Positions 12,876-24,738 of a stretch of DNA of 64,000 nt are shown here, piece by piece. How positions within the stretch are numbered: position 1 is the first letter of the stretch; the number at the start of each line of letters is the position of its first letter. A program made the translations under genes and the position numbers. The stretch is from Azolla caroliniana. Taxonomy: Eukaryota > Plantae > Polypodiophyta. The stretch is from contig JBHGNT010000089.1 in NCBI GenBank assembly GCA_043228905.1, positions 30,288 through 94,287 of the forward strand, in the 5' to 3' direction. The notes below the pieces were generated by a model that saw only the letters and a list, made by a program, of their open reading frames with translations, was not told the origin of the DNA and made no database searches.

Positions 12876-13688
12876 ATGACGTCTAGACGGACTAAGGAAC
12901 ATAAGGATATACAAGACGAGGCTATAAGTAAGGAGGACTTTTTAGATATGTTTAATCGTTTAACAAAAATAGAGATTGATATGAAAAAATGGGTGAAAGA
13001 CACCGAAACCCACAAGAAAAAAGATAGAGAGGAAAAAGAAGCCCTCAAGGCCGAAATAGAACAACTTAAAGTAGAAAACATCGACCTTAAAAAACAACTT
13101 AAGGACATCGAGGTATCTCGAGAAGACGGTGAAATATCCTCTATAGAGGATATAAAGGACGAAATTAAAAAAGTTAAAGAGGAAGTTAATAATAACATAG
13201 AGTTAGCTAAAACGGGTTGGGTAGATGTGGTTAAAAGAAACATTAAAAAAGAAATAAAAGAGGAAAATATTGTTAATACCACCCTTGAAGAAGAGAAAAT
13301 GCGTCAGGCCCGACGCTTAAATGTACGTGTCACTGGGCTCAAGGAAGGTGCATCCCCAAATGAGGACGCACAAACACTTGGGAAAATGTTAGGGTACACA
13401 GAGGCCCTACCTATCACCAAAGCATGGAGGGCCGGGCGTGACACAACTAGGAAGAGAGCCTTAGTCCTTCAATTTAAAGACTTACACTCTAGAATCACTT
13501 TCTTTAAGAAGAGACCACTCCTTCGAGGAATGGATGGGGACCCCATCTATCTCGATGAAGACCTCACTAAGATGCAAATTGAGCATCGCAAGAGTTGTAT
13601 GCCATGAGTTATGCAAGCTCGTAAAGAAGGCCATCGCGCCTTTTACCGAGACGGGCGAGTGATCATAAATGATCGCACTACTAATTGA
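12876..13688 (+). pseudogene. LINE ORF1 (coiled coil + RRM-like) with one premature stop
   Basis: Heptad-rich N-terminus, NVRVTGLKE and IYLDEDLT motifs. The TGA at 13605 is probably CGA>TGA, since the frame stays open to 13688. Confidence 0.8.
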
Positions 13689-13694
13689 CGGCGT

Positions 13695-16600
13695 GTGGCC
13701 CATGTGACAAAAAATGCACTTAGGATGACCCTATGGAATTGTAATGGCGCACTCTGGGCACACCCCGGCCGCCTAGAGGAGATACTAAAGGTATCTGATA
13801 TACTTTTCTTGGTAAAAACACATCAGAGCCCAAATAGAGGACTCCCACGGGTCGAAGGATTCCGTTGGGAGTCCGCTTTTAGACAAACCTCACGTCGACA
13901 CACTACTAGGGGATCTAGAGGTGTCGCGATACTATTTCGTAGAGAGCTACATAATAGGATAGAAATAATGAAGATAGACCCAGAAGCTCGTTTTATGTGG
14001 GTGAAAGTCTCCACAAGCAAAGACCATGCAATATTTTTCGCCATTTGTTACTTTCCCCCAAAAGGATCCCGTTATAATATTGGTGGCTTGACGAGATTAG
14101 TCGATGAAGGAATGCCACATGGGCCTTCTCCATACGAACCCCTATCGGATGACATAATCCGATATTCTTCCCAAGGAGAAGTATTTCTTGTAGGAGACTT
14201 CAATGCGAGAACCCAATCCCGACAATGCACAGTATTTCAGATGAATAGAAACCTAGAAATGGTAAATGTTGATCCTTTAGACATCGGCACCACACGTAGA
14301 TCAAAGGATCAAGGTGCGAACGCCACGAGCTTTGGCCATCATCTGCTCGAACTTGGCAGTCGGCACCAGATGGTCATATATAATGGTTTAGTTAAGTGGC
14401 CGGGCTCGGAAGAGCTCACATGTTTCCCACATGGAGGAGGGGAAAGCACAGTTGACTATCTAATAGGGCGCCCTGAAGCTACCCACATGATTAACTCCTT
14501 CCGAGTGGCCCAATGCCCTATTGGCGCAGACCATAGTTTCTTATACTTCGAGCTAAAATGTGATATCTCTAAGGTCACCAAGTCTAGTCAACCATGCCAT
14601 CACACCACAATACATTTCACACATGAGCTCTCTGACATATACTCTCAACATGTTCAGGCCCATCTCCCCTCCCTTGATCCCTCCCTACCGTTAGAAAGCC
14701 TTAGTACAAAACTCACACACATCCTTCACTCCGCAGCAACTAGCAGTTTCCCATATACAAAACACTCAAATCAAGGTAGATCAGGATCAATGCCACAAAA
14801 TAAATGGTATGACGAGGATTGTAGGGACCTACATAGACAACTTACAGTATCGCAACTCAATGGTAGTATTAACTCCATACAAGCTCGCAAAGAAATGCGT
14901 AAGATGACACGTCGTAAGAGACGAGCGTGGGAGGCATCCCAATACTGGGAACTCTACCATATGCTCATGAGTAGCGATTGCGCCACGGCATGGAAGAGAC
15001 TACGGGAGCCAAGACCACAAACACCCATCGAAGATCCTGAAACTTGGCACACATATACAGAGAGACTTTACCAAATCCCACACCAACCACCCTTTCCAAT
15101 GCCTTCCACACCCTGGCCTACCACAGGGACACTTTTCACGACCTCTAGGGTCATGAAGGTCATAAAGAAATTACAACATAGGAAGTCCATGGACCACACA
15201 GGATTGCGAGCAGAACACATTATATATGTGAGAGAGTGCCTAGCTCCCTTGCTAACTCTAATATTCAATCGTGCCCTTGCGGAGGGTTTTCCACCACAGT
15301 GGACTATGAATACAGTGGCCCCCATACATAAAGGGGGGGACCCCATGGACCCAAATACATATAGGACCATTATGATAGGCCATACCCTTGCTAAGTTATA
15401 TGGTGCAGTAATGGAAGCAGAGCTTAGCGACTACATGGAGACCCTAAACCTTCGTGCACCTGAACAAGCTGGCTTTAGACGAGCCTTCTCCACTATTGAT
15501 CATATCTTCACACTTAGATGCCTAATTGACCAAACTAAGGCTCGCAAGAAGAAATTATATTGTTGTTTTGTGGACTTCCGCAAAGCCTTTGACACAGTCC
15601 CTAGAGAGCAGTTGTTTGATAGACTTAAAAGCTTGAGGATACCAGATGATATGGTATGGGCCATCGACGCACTATATGAACAAGTGTCCGGGTGTGTCCG
15701 ATGCCCAGGTGGCCTATCCAATCGTTTCACTAGCAATATTGGTGTAAAACAAGGTTGCCCCCTATCACCGACGCTTTTTGGGATCTACATTGATGAGATC
15801 ACATATTTTATTGCTCGTGAGGGAGGCACAGGAGTGGTCCTTGGGGATACGCAGGTTCATATCTTGCTCTATGTGGATGACATAGTTTTGCTCTCTGAAT
15901 CCGAACACGACCTACAGAGGCACCTTAATGCCTTAGATGACTTTTGTGTACAACGAGGATTGGTAGTGAATCTAGGGAAAACGAAAGTCCTTATCTTCCA
16001 CACATCGGCCCAAGTTAGAGCTAAGTGTCACCTAACTATCTCCCATAGCCCAGTCGAGGTGGTTGGATCGTACGTCTATCTCGGAGTCACTTTTAGTGCC
16101 CGCTCAGGTAAATTTTCGATGACACAGGCAGCGAAGGATAGACTCACGAGAGGACATGCATCCCTCTCACTCCTAGAGAGACAATGCCACCAAGCACACT
16201 TTCAAGAGCCACGGACTAAAGGGTGGCTCTTTGACCCATTAGTGACCCCCTCCCTCATGTATGCATCAGCGGTTTGGGCTCCAGGATTACCATCCTTTAT
16301 GTGGACGCAATTAGAGAGACCATTGGTGATGATGCTATCACGCCAACTCCGAAGCAAATTGACTGTACCACATGACATTATTAGGGCCGAGTTCACGTTA
16401 CCCCCAATGCTAGTAGAGGCACTTTTTCAACTTGTAGTCTTCATTGATAGGATGCATAGCCAACCACATGATAGAATATCTCATCAAGCCTTTAAGGCCT
16501 CTCAATCATTGTATGAGTCCGGCTATACTAGCTCATGGTATGGCATGATGGTGAGTTGGCTTCTTGCGAATGGTCTAGACATTAATAACCTACCTCCCCT

Positions 16601-17240
16601 TAGGTACAACCACACGAGTGATAACACCTTAATATCTCATGAGAACCGCAATAAAGTAATACGCCAAGAAATATGGCAAATTTACACTCGGTGTAAATGG
16701 ATCACCCCACTAGAGCCAGTCCCATCTAAAATGTTGTACTATAAGAAACACTTCATGCACTTCTCTGAGTTAGGTTTTATCACGCGACCAAAATATCTAG
16801 ATGTATTCTTACCACATGCACTAAGGGTTGTCATTGGAGAACTTAGAATATCATCTCACCAACTTGAGATTGAAAATGGCCGTACTAGTGGAGTCCCTAG
16901 GGAGGAAAGGATATGTAGGTTATGTCACATAGAGATAGAGGATGAGTACCACTTTACATGCAAGTGTCCAACCTATCCCGAGATAAGGGCAAAATACCAA
17001 GACATACTTGGTCTGTCTCCCACCCTCCCCAAACTATTAGATACTCTAGATATAAAGAAATTAGGCAAATACATTCTAGAGCTAAAACAACACAGAGAGA
17101 ATAAGTTACAAAATGTTGACAATAATGTTGCTAATGATCACGAACATGAAACAAATGAAGTTTTTCAGGAACCTGAGGAGACAATGAATGCCGACACACT
17201 TGCACCACTCGGCCTTTCCATTGATGAGGCAGAAAACTAG
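13695..17240 (+). CDS. LINE ORF2: AP endonuclease, reverse transcriptase, C-terminal CCHC finger
   Basis: WNCNG, GDFNAR, STVDY, ADH; FVDFRKAFD, GVKQGCPLSP, LLYVDD; CRLC...HFTCKC. The frame continues past the TAG to 17426. The endonuclease Glu appears mutated (LVKTH). Confidence 0.92.
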   Translation: MAHVTKNALRMTLWNCNGALWAHPGRLEEILKVSDILFLVKTHQSPNRGLPRVEGFRWESAFRQTSRRHTTRGSRGVAILFRRELHNRIEIMKIDPEARFMWVKVSTSKDHAIFFAICYFPPKGSRYNIGGLTRLVDEGMPHGPSPYEPLSDDIIRYSSQGEVFLVGDFNARTQSRQCTVFQMNRNLEMVNVDPLDIGTTRRSKDQGANATSFGHHLLELGSRHQMVIYNGLVKWPGSEELTCFPHGGGESTVDYLIGRPEATHMINSFRVAQCPIGADHSFLYFELKCDISKVTKSSQPCHHTTIHFTHELSDIYSQHVQAHLPSLDPSLPLESLSTKLTHILHSAATSSFPYTKHSNQGRSGSMPQNKWYDEDCRDLHRQLTVSQLNGSINSIQARKEMRKMTRRKRRAWEASQYWELYHMLMSSDCATAWKRLREPRPQTPIEDPETWHTYTERLYQIPHQPPFPMPSTPWPTTGTLFTTSRVMKVIKKLQHRKSMDHTGLRAEHIIYVRECLAPLLTLIFNRALAEGFPPQWTMNTVAPIHKGGDPMDPNTYRTIMIGHTLAKLYGAVMEAELSDYMETLNLRAPEQAGFRRAFSTIDHIFTLRCLIDQTKARKKKLYCCFVDFRKAFDTVPREQLFDRLKSLRIPDDMVWAIDALYEQVSGCVRCPGGLSNRFTSNIGVKQGCPLSPTLFGIYIDEITYFIAREGGTGVVLGDTQVHILLYVDDIVLLSESEHDLQRHLNALDDFCVQRGLVVNLGKTKVLIFHTSAQVRAKCHLTISHSPVEVVGSYVYLGVTFSARSGKFSMTQAAKDRLTRGHASLSLLERQCHQAHFQEPRTKGWLFDPLVTPSLMYASAVWAPGLPSFMWTQLERPLVMMLSRQLRSKLTVPHDIIRAEFTLPPMLVEALFQLVVFIDRMHSQPHDRISHQAFKASQSLYESGYTSSWYGMMVSWLLANGLDINNLPPLRYNHTSDNTLISHENRNKVIRQEIWQIYTRCKWITPLEPVPSKMLYYKKHFMHFSELGFITRPKYLDVFLPHALRVVIGELRISSHQLEIENGRTSGVPREERICRLCHIEIEDEYHFTCKCPTYPEIRAKYQDILGLSPTLPKLLDTLDIKKLGKYILELKQHRENKLQNVDNNVANDHEHETNEVFQEPEETMNADTLAPLGLSIDEAEN

Positions 17241-18919
17241 AGAAGAACCAGACGTCCTCGGGTGCCGGGTTTCAAAGCAACTCGACGTGATGTGGAAGCA
17301 ATATTGAAAATAAGGGAACGTGAGCTACACCGCCTAGAAGCCATGGCTAGGGCACTCTCTACATTGGAACCCACATCAAAACCCTTTGACCCCCCACTTC
17401 TTTTCGAGAGGCTTGGGTGGAAATAAAATTAAGCTTAGTGTATAGTCACTTTCGAGTATACTACATATTGTACACTAATAGAACTCTTTTAGTTGAAGTT
17501 CTATTTTTTTACTTAATTTTATTTTAGTTATGATGACTGGATAAATACTCTATTGTTGTAAACCAATTGTCTCATGGGCCAAATTTGGCCTTAGAAGACG
17601 TTAATACATCTTTCTTTCTTTCTTTCTTTCTCACTACTATTGGTTAATAGCGATGGACGATTTATGACTGAAACTGAATAACTTTCAGGCAGGATATAGA
17701 ACAATATGCATTTTGTTGTTTCTAATAGTAGTTATTGGAGGTATATCAGATGCAGTAAGATAGGAATTAATTTGTAAATAAATTTTAGTGAGTGTCTGAA
17801 ATACCCAATAATGACGATTCCCTACTATTAAAAGATAATAATCTTTCCACCCACAATAGTGTTAATTTCGCTTTCTGAAGGCCTGGTATCTAGCCGCATA
17901 CCACGCTGAATGCGCTCATGTACCAATCTTATACAAAATCAATAAAGAAAACCTTTCTGGTTGCTTGCTGTAAAGGATACTGAATTGACATGTAGAATTC
18001 GTTGCTGTTATGAAGTAGATAATCTAATGCATACGACGCGCTTTCCATTATTCTACCTGTTGACAGAGTCTATTTCGTTTAAAGCGGTAAATTAAGTCTG
18101 TTATGTGGAGATCTCAGCCAATTATATAGATATAAGAAGGGATTGGATTCACCTATTATGCTACTAGCAGACGGGCTACTGTCACTGCTACCTCCACCAC
18201 TACTACCGCCAAAGATATAGGTTATTACACATATATTTATAGTAGTGAGTACCACTCCCCAAAAAGACTTATTTTTATACATTGGTTCTTTATTTGTAGC
18301 GTCACCCAATTCTCCTAAGACCTGCGCAAGCAACATTTTCCAAGCGAGACCTGCCTGCGATTCTACTCCTCTAGCAGAAACTATTGATATTTTAATTGAT
18401 TCCGAAGAATAATAATTTAGCTCTTTGTCGTCCTCCACTACACGCTCAGCCGAGAATCTTCTCTCGCAGCAAGCAAGCAAGCACTTGAACTACTATCAGC
18501 CGTAGTTTTAGAGCCTTCTTCAGGTACATGCTTAGGCTGCACACTAGCCCCACCATTTTCGGTTGGTTGCTGAGGAAGAAGAAGGTTGTGTGCTGACCGC
18601 AGAACCAACCTCGAGAATCTTCTCCAGCTGAAGACATAAAACATTCTAAAACATACCTATAACATCTATTTGATCTTTTATTAATGGAAGATCTATCACG
18701 CCTATAAGGTACCATGTTAGAACACCTAACAGTAAGACTTGCGCATTCACATATAACTTCTTTTTTGTAATAGTTCCATTCTTTTTTACACTCACCAGTG
18801 ATAGAATCATACTAGTTATCCCACTTATTCCCAATAGATAGAATAATTGATTACTGTCACCAGCTATAAACTTGTTTGTTTCCTTTTGGTCTAAAAAGAA
18901 TTACCATTATATAACCTAA

Positions 18920-19856
18920 AAGATGCATACAAATAGTTGTTGCACAACCGAATGCGGATATTGCGGAAAGCTCGGCCACCACGAAGAAGAGTGCCGAAAG
19001 AAGATGTGCGAATCGGCTTCCACAAGCCGACAACTCACAAATTACGCGCACAATTCTGACTACGAAGAGTATAGCGGAATGTACGGGCACAACTCCGACT
19101 ACGAAGATCGTGGCGGAATGTATGCACACAACTCCGATTGTGGCGGAATGTTCATGATGAAACATAGAGCAAACTCTATGTCGGCCTCTACCTCAACTAG
19201 TGCCCTCAATCCAGAGGACGTATGGTTTGTTGACTCCGGAGCCTCAAACCATATGACATCTCATAAAGAATGGTTTCTCGAACTTCGAGAGCCGGAGCGA
19301 CCCGGTTATGTCGAAACCAGAGATGACACTATGCACCCGATTCGGCACATCGGCAATGTTCCGTTCGACGAAAGAGGTAAGCAAACATACATTAAAAATG
19401 TCTTGCATGTTCCCACCATCATGAAGAATTTGGTCTCGGTCGGCCAAATGGTTGAGCACGGGATGCAAGTACGATTCAACCAAGAAGGATGCTTCATCGA
19501 AAAAGAGGGCCGAATGATCGCGCGCGGAAGAAGAGAGGGTCGGATGTTCATTCTCGATTCACATGCGATGAAATCCGCCATGTTTGCAAAAAGCACGAAA
19601 GCCAACTCCAACATAGAGCTATAGCACAAGCGAATCGGCCACATCAATCTCAACAAACTCAAAGCAATGAAATTGAAAGGAGTCGTCATCGGACTCCTGA
19701 CGTTCAAAGAGAAGGAGATTGAAGGTGTATGCGAAGCGTGCCAATTCGGGAAGCAACACCGACACCCATTCCCGAAAGAGTAGAACGTGAGCAAAGGTCT
19801 ACTTAACGTAGTCCAGTCCGACGTATGGGGATCAGCGCAGACGGCTACAATCAGCG
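18920..19856 (+). pseudogene. Copia fragment: Zn knuckle, protease, GAG-pre-integrase, integrase start
   Basis: CGYCGKLGHHEEEC, WFVDSGASNHM, CEACQFGKQHR, SDVWG. Confidence 0.88.
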
Positions 19857-20867
19857 TGTTGATCGGCAAGCTCAACCGGATCTGGATGGGCTGAATAAGT
19901 CTGAGCCGGATCGGCATCCGGAAGGATGAAACCGGATTAGTGAGATGGATCGGAGAGCCGGTAAGCTGGGGAGCCGGTTAGCTGGATCAAACAGTAACCG
20001 GAAGCCTAGTAGTAGCATAGACTACTAGGTAGTTAATGTCTCATAGTTAGTGTCAGACGCTCGTATGAGCATTGAAGTACACAATACTTCTGTTAGTCCT
20101 CTTAGGACTTGTATAAATAGTGTTGTTGAGCACGTTTTATGTATAGAGAACTACTATTGTTTTGTGATAGATCTAACTTGTTCTGCTCTTTCTCTGTCTC
20201 TCCCGCATACTGTAAAGCTTTCCATTAAACCTGTGTTTCTGTGTTCGATTTTCTACTTGCTTCCACACACAATTCTTTTACATGGTTGAGAACCTCTGCA
20301 TACTGTATCAGAGCGCGAGGGTTGAGAACCTCTGCAGCTGACATAGCTTGAAAAGAAAACCAACCAAGAAGAACAAGAAAAACAAAATGGATAGAGGCAT
20401 GGCTAGCTCGCTTCCTACTGAGAAGCTCGACAGAAACAACTACGCATCTTGGTCCTACAAGATGCACCAGTACTTGCTCGGGCACGATTACTGGAGCTAT
20501 GTCGACGAAGCAAATGACACAACACCCGAATCAACACACAGAGATTTCTTGATGTGGGAACAATCAGCGAGTAGCGTATTGTATTGCTTCGCGTCTTCTG
20601 TGGGTGAACAACTTCTGAGCTATATTCGGGATACGAAAATGCCAAAGGATGCTTGGGGAAATCTGAAGAAGATTTTTGCCGCAAGCACCACAGCCAGGAA
20701 GCTTCAACTCCGACGGGAGTTAAGCAACTTACGACAACGCGACTTGTCGGTGGCTGATTACACCTCGAAGATGAAAGAGATATGCGACTCCCTAGCCTCT
20801 ATCGATGTGAACATCGAGGAAGGCGAGACGGTCCAGGTCTGTATCTTGGGACTGGCGTCAAAGTTCA
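19857..20867 (+). mobile_element. Copia X: 5' LTR (19857-20282), disrupted Met PBS, gag N-half (from 20387)
   Basis: TG...CA, TGG/[insert]/GTATCAGAGC, KLDRNNYASWSYKM...LRQRDLSVADY. About 20 more bp of this gag follow at 54368. Confidence 0.85.
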
Positions 20868-21969
20868 TGTTACCCGGACAAGTATGGATTCGTCGGAATC
20901 GGAAAGATGTTCGGAGTCAGAGTCAGAGTCGGATCGATGACTCAACAGATAGCCGAATAGGACATAGTTAGTTACGAAGTTTTGTAATTCTTGTTAATTA
21001 TAGGTAGTAGGATTTCTTGATGAGAAAAGACCGTCGGGTTACCTATAAAACGAACCGAAGGCATTGTAAAAATCTATCGTTGTATTTAGTAATATGAAGT
21101 TTGGTTAGGAAATCTCCGTGTACGGATTGCTTCTTGCCATCTAGTTCTTTCTGTCTACACTATATTACATAAGTCACGATCTCAGTGTCTATTATCACCG
21201 ATAAGTTTATAGATCATTCGTGTCTATTCGTTTAACCACAACTTCTTGATAGAACGTTCGGTATGAACGTTGTCGTGAAGAAAACCGTCCCTAGGCGCAA
21301 ACCGTGTATAGTGTGTGTGAACCGGCCCTTACACGTGGGCACACCCCTTGTTGTATAGTGGATAGGTAGGCACACAGGTCAAATCCTAGGTAGCAATATT
21401 CTATAGGGGAAATTGAGGAGTATCTCTATCCGAAAGGACAGAGAATTAATGTGATGTAAATGGGTGAAACGGCCTCCCTCCTTGAGCTATAAAAGAGAGG
21501 GAGACGGGGGAGAAAAGGTATCGCGCGCTAGAGGGGACGAAGTGCTGTCGGACTGGAACTGAGCTCTTCTTCTCTGTCGTTCTCCATAGCTTTCTTTTCC
21601 GCAGGTTCTCAGGAGGTTGATCCTGCTCCGTGGAACGCCCGTGTGCTTCCGGCAGAATCTCCATCTTGCTCTCCTGTGTGCGTGGGTGATCAGGCGCCGG
21701 CATCCATCTCGCCGACCTGATCGGCTGTAACTGTTCGAGTCGTCTGCATACATACAAATACATACACATATTTATATACATACGCTAGCGTTCTCAACTC
21801 GTGTCTCCTGTGTTGTTGGGCCGCTTCCCCGTGCACTTCTTTGTCTATACGTGTGTGAGCGTCTCCCGCTCTCTCTCTCTCTCTCTCTCTCCCTCTTCTC
21901 ACCTATTCCTCGGTCCAAGACCCCAGTGGTCCCGCCTTGTTCTCCACGCATGCGCGTACCAACGCGACA

Positions 21970-24191
21970 TACCGGAAGAGAGGCGTCTAGCTGGATTCCC
22001 TCGAGTGGCGATGCCGGGTATCCATACGGAGGTGCTCGAGGTATGGGCCGAGAGCCGGACCTGGGAGAAGTTCGAAGGTCGGCTCCTTGAAAAATACGGG
22101 CTTGAAGATGCGCTTCGACTTTCGAAGCGGGACTTCATGGAGTGGGTGGAGACCCCCGACAAAGGAAGGAATGCGTCGGTGCTCCTCCGGGAGTTTGAGG
22201 AACGCTTCGTGCGCCTCTCGGTGCTTGACTGGACCATTCTGGACACAAGCCGCGTCCTATTGTTTGTTAAGTCAGTTGATGAGCGGGATCGGGAGCAGGT
22301 AGGCCTCCTATTGGAGACTGATGACGGGCTGACGGGCGACTGGGCCGTGGAGAAAAGGGTCTATGGCCGTTTCGACAAATGACGGGAATGGGTTGACAAA
22401 GGATCGACAGGGGCGGGCTCTGTCACAGCGAGGAAGCTCGAGCCAATGCCACCAACGCGAAGGGAAGAGACCCGAGATTGGCTCGAGACCGGATCGGCTT
22501 CGACCGACATGGTCAAGGGCTCGTCCGGGGGAGCAACTCTGGAGGAACTGACGCGGATGGTAAAGGATCTGCAGATCGTCCAGGCACGGAGGGACGGTAG
22601 TGAATAGGGCCGTGACCGACGACCTCTGGTTGGAAACAGGTGCATGTGGTTTGACACGGTTGGCCACATCCGGAAGGACTGCGGGGACTTCGTCAAGGCG
22701 ATGAGAAGCAACATGGTGTACCTGTGGAACGGTCGGGTGCACGCCAGCGAAACTCGAAGGCCCCTGGACCTGAACGTCGGGCGAGGGGGTATGAAAAGGC
22801 TGATGGAGGAGGCGGCGGCTCGTCACGCGGAGACCGTCCACTATTCAGCGTCAGCTGGTATTCGGGTCGGAGGTGGCGAGGCCCCGAAGACGAACATAGC
22901 CTGGTTCTGGCCGACGATGCTAGAAGGCCTCGCCGGCGCACGACTAAGGAAAGAAGAGGTGGACCGCGCGGAAAAACGGGTTCGGGAGGTGACCGGGTGG
23001 AGTGACCCGTTGGAAGAAAAGATGGGCTTCGTCGAAGCCGCTTGTCAAAACTACGAGGCTCTGGTGGAGGACAAGCGGGTAGGGAAAACTGGAGGGGCCG
23101 GGCCCTCACAACGATATGAAACTCGATTCGGGCAAAGACGAAATGAGGCCGGTGTAACCGGCGCCCAGGATAATCCCAAGAGGGGCGGGTACCGGCTGGG
23201 CACAGAAATCGAAAGATCCACGGACCTGCGAAAGGTCCTGGAAGAACGAATCCTCGATAGCAAGGTGGAACTGTCGCTGAGGGAAGTGCTCGGGATCGCC
23301 AAGAAGGAGTTCCACGACTCCATCGTAGACTTGGTGAAGAGGAAGAGGCTGTCGACGGAGACAGAACTGGAGAAGCCGGTGGAGGTGCGGTGACGACGCA
23401 CATAGAGGACATGGCGCTGGAAGAGGAGTTGGCAGAGAGCCACTATTCGAGGCCGCACTGGGCCAGAGTGACCATGGAGACCCCCGTGAAGATCGGAGAT
23501 GGTCATGAACCGGTGGTGGCGCTGGTGGACTACGGTTCAGAAATCAATTTGATGTCCATGGACTTCTATAAGAAAGGGAAATGGCCGATCAACACCAAGC
23601 ACGGGTGGAAAATACGGGCAGCGACGCGTGCCACCGAAGAACTGCATGGAGCCTACCCGAACGTACGAGTGAAGATCGGTGATGTCGAGATTGACCAGCA
23701 CTTCTTCGTGCAGGAGACGTCCTCACATCCGGTTATACTAGGAGAACCGTACATCACGGCAGCACGGATGGAGACCAAGGTGCTGCTGGACAACGGCTCG
23801 GCCTATGCAAGGGTCAAGAGCCAGGATGGGTGTCACTCGGTCCAGTTCCTGACGGTGAGACCGAACCATGAGCGGAACCGCGAGACCCTCGGGGGCGAAA
23901 GCCGAGAGGATTTTTAGAGAGGGCTATCAAGGCGTGGGGCTGCGATAGTCCGGACACTTCGGGAAAACCCCACAAGTGTACGATAGCAAAGAAGACCTGT
24001 GCTATAAGTAGGAAATTTTGGTTCTCCGACAACGGAGGGTGTATGATAGTCGACGTTGTTGGTCGGAAGAAGAAAAGGGCGGAGGAGCAACTTCGGGCAT
24101 GTGATATCCTCGGCCTTGGAGAGGAAATCAACGGAGCCGTGGAGGCAGTCTCTTTCGTCGATACCTTGGGGGAGCTGTGACAGGTAGTCAG
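21970..24191 (+). pseudogene. Element B gag-protease and start of pol
   Basis: Degenerate knuckle CMWFDTVGHIRKDC, protease LVDYGSEIN and VILGEPY, several premature stops. Confidence 0.8.
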
Positions 24192-24481
24192 TGTCATAAC
24201 TAGACTCGAACCCATAACCTTTTGTTACACGGGTCGAGACTTTACCATTAGGTTATGAATTGTAATTTGAAGAATATTATTTTCATTTAGGTTTTATTGG
24301 GAAATTGATGTATATTCCAGATTTCTCTGGAACATTCTAGAAACTTCAGGAGTATTCCTGAAGACACTATAAAAGGAGGCGCAAGGCATTAGTTCGAACC
24401 AAATCGGTTCAACGCCAGTCTTAAGCCTTCTAACTACTGTTGTATATCTTCCGTCATATAATACATATATCTTTCGCATCA

Positions 24482-24517
<36 letters not shown>

Positions 24518-24738
24518 ACTCATTCCTTCTCTCAAAGTTCGACACCTCTCATAGTACTAATCCTTCTCTGTCTTAGTACTATTCCCCAACAATAGTACTA
24601 ATCCTTCTTTTAGTACTAATTCCTTCTCTGCCTTAATAGAGTTCCTGACAGTTTGAACCGATTTTGACTACTAGTCTCCCTCTTCCTTCTGTCTCCCTCC
24701 TTTCCTACTAGTCTCTTATTTCCCTTTTCCTTCATCCC

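Larger units (their letters stand above)
12325..17630 (+). mobile_element. Full-length LINE (RTE-X-like, two ORFs)
   Basis: (CT)n/GTC-rich 5' region, ORF1, APE-RT ORF2, (TTTC)n tail at ~17610-17630, candidate TSD TCACT (12320-12324 / 17631-17635). Confidence 0.85.
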
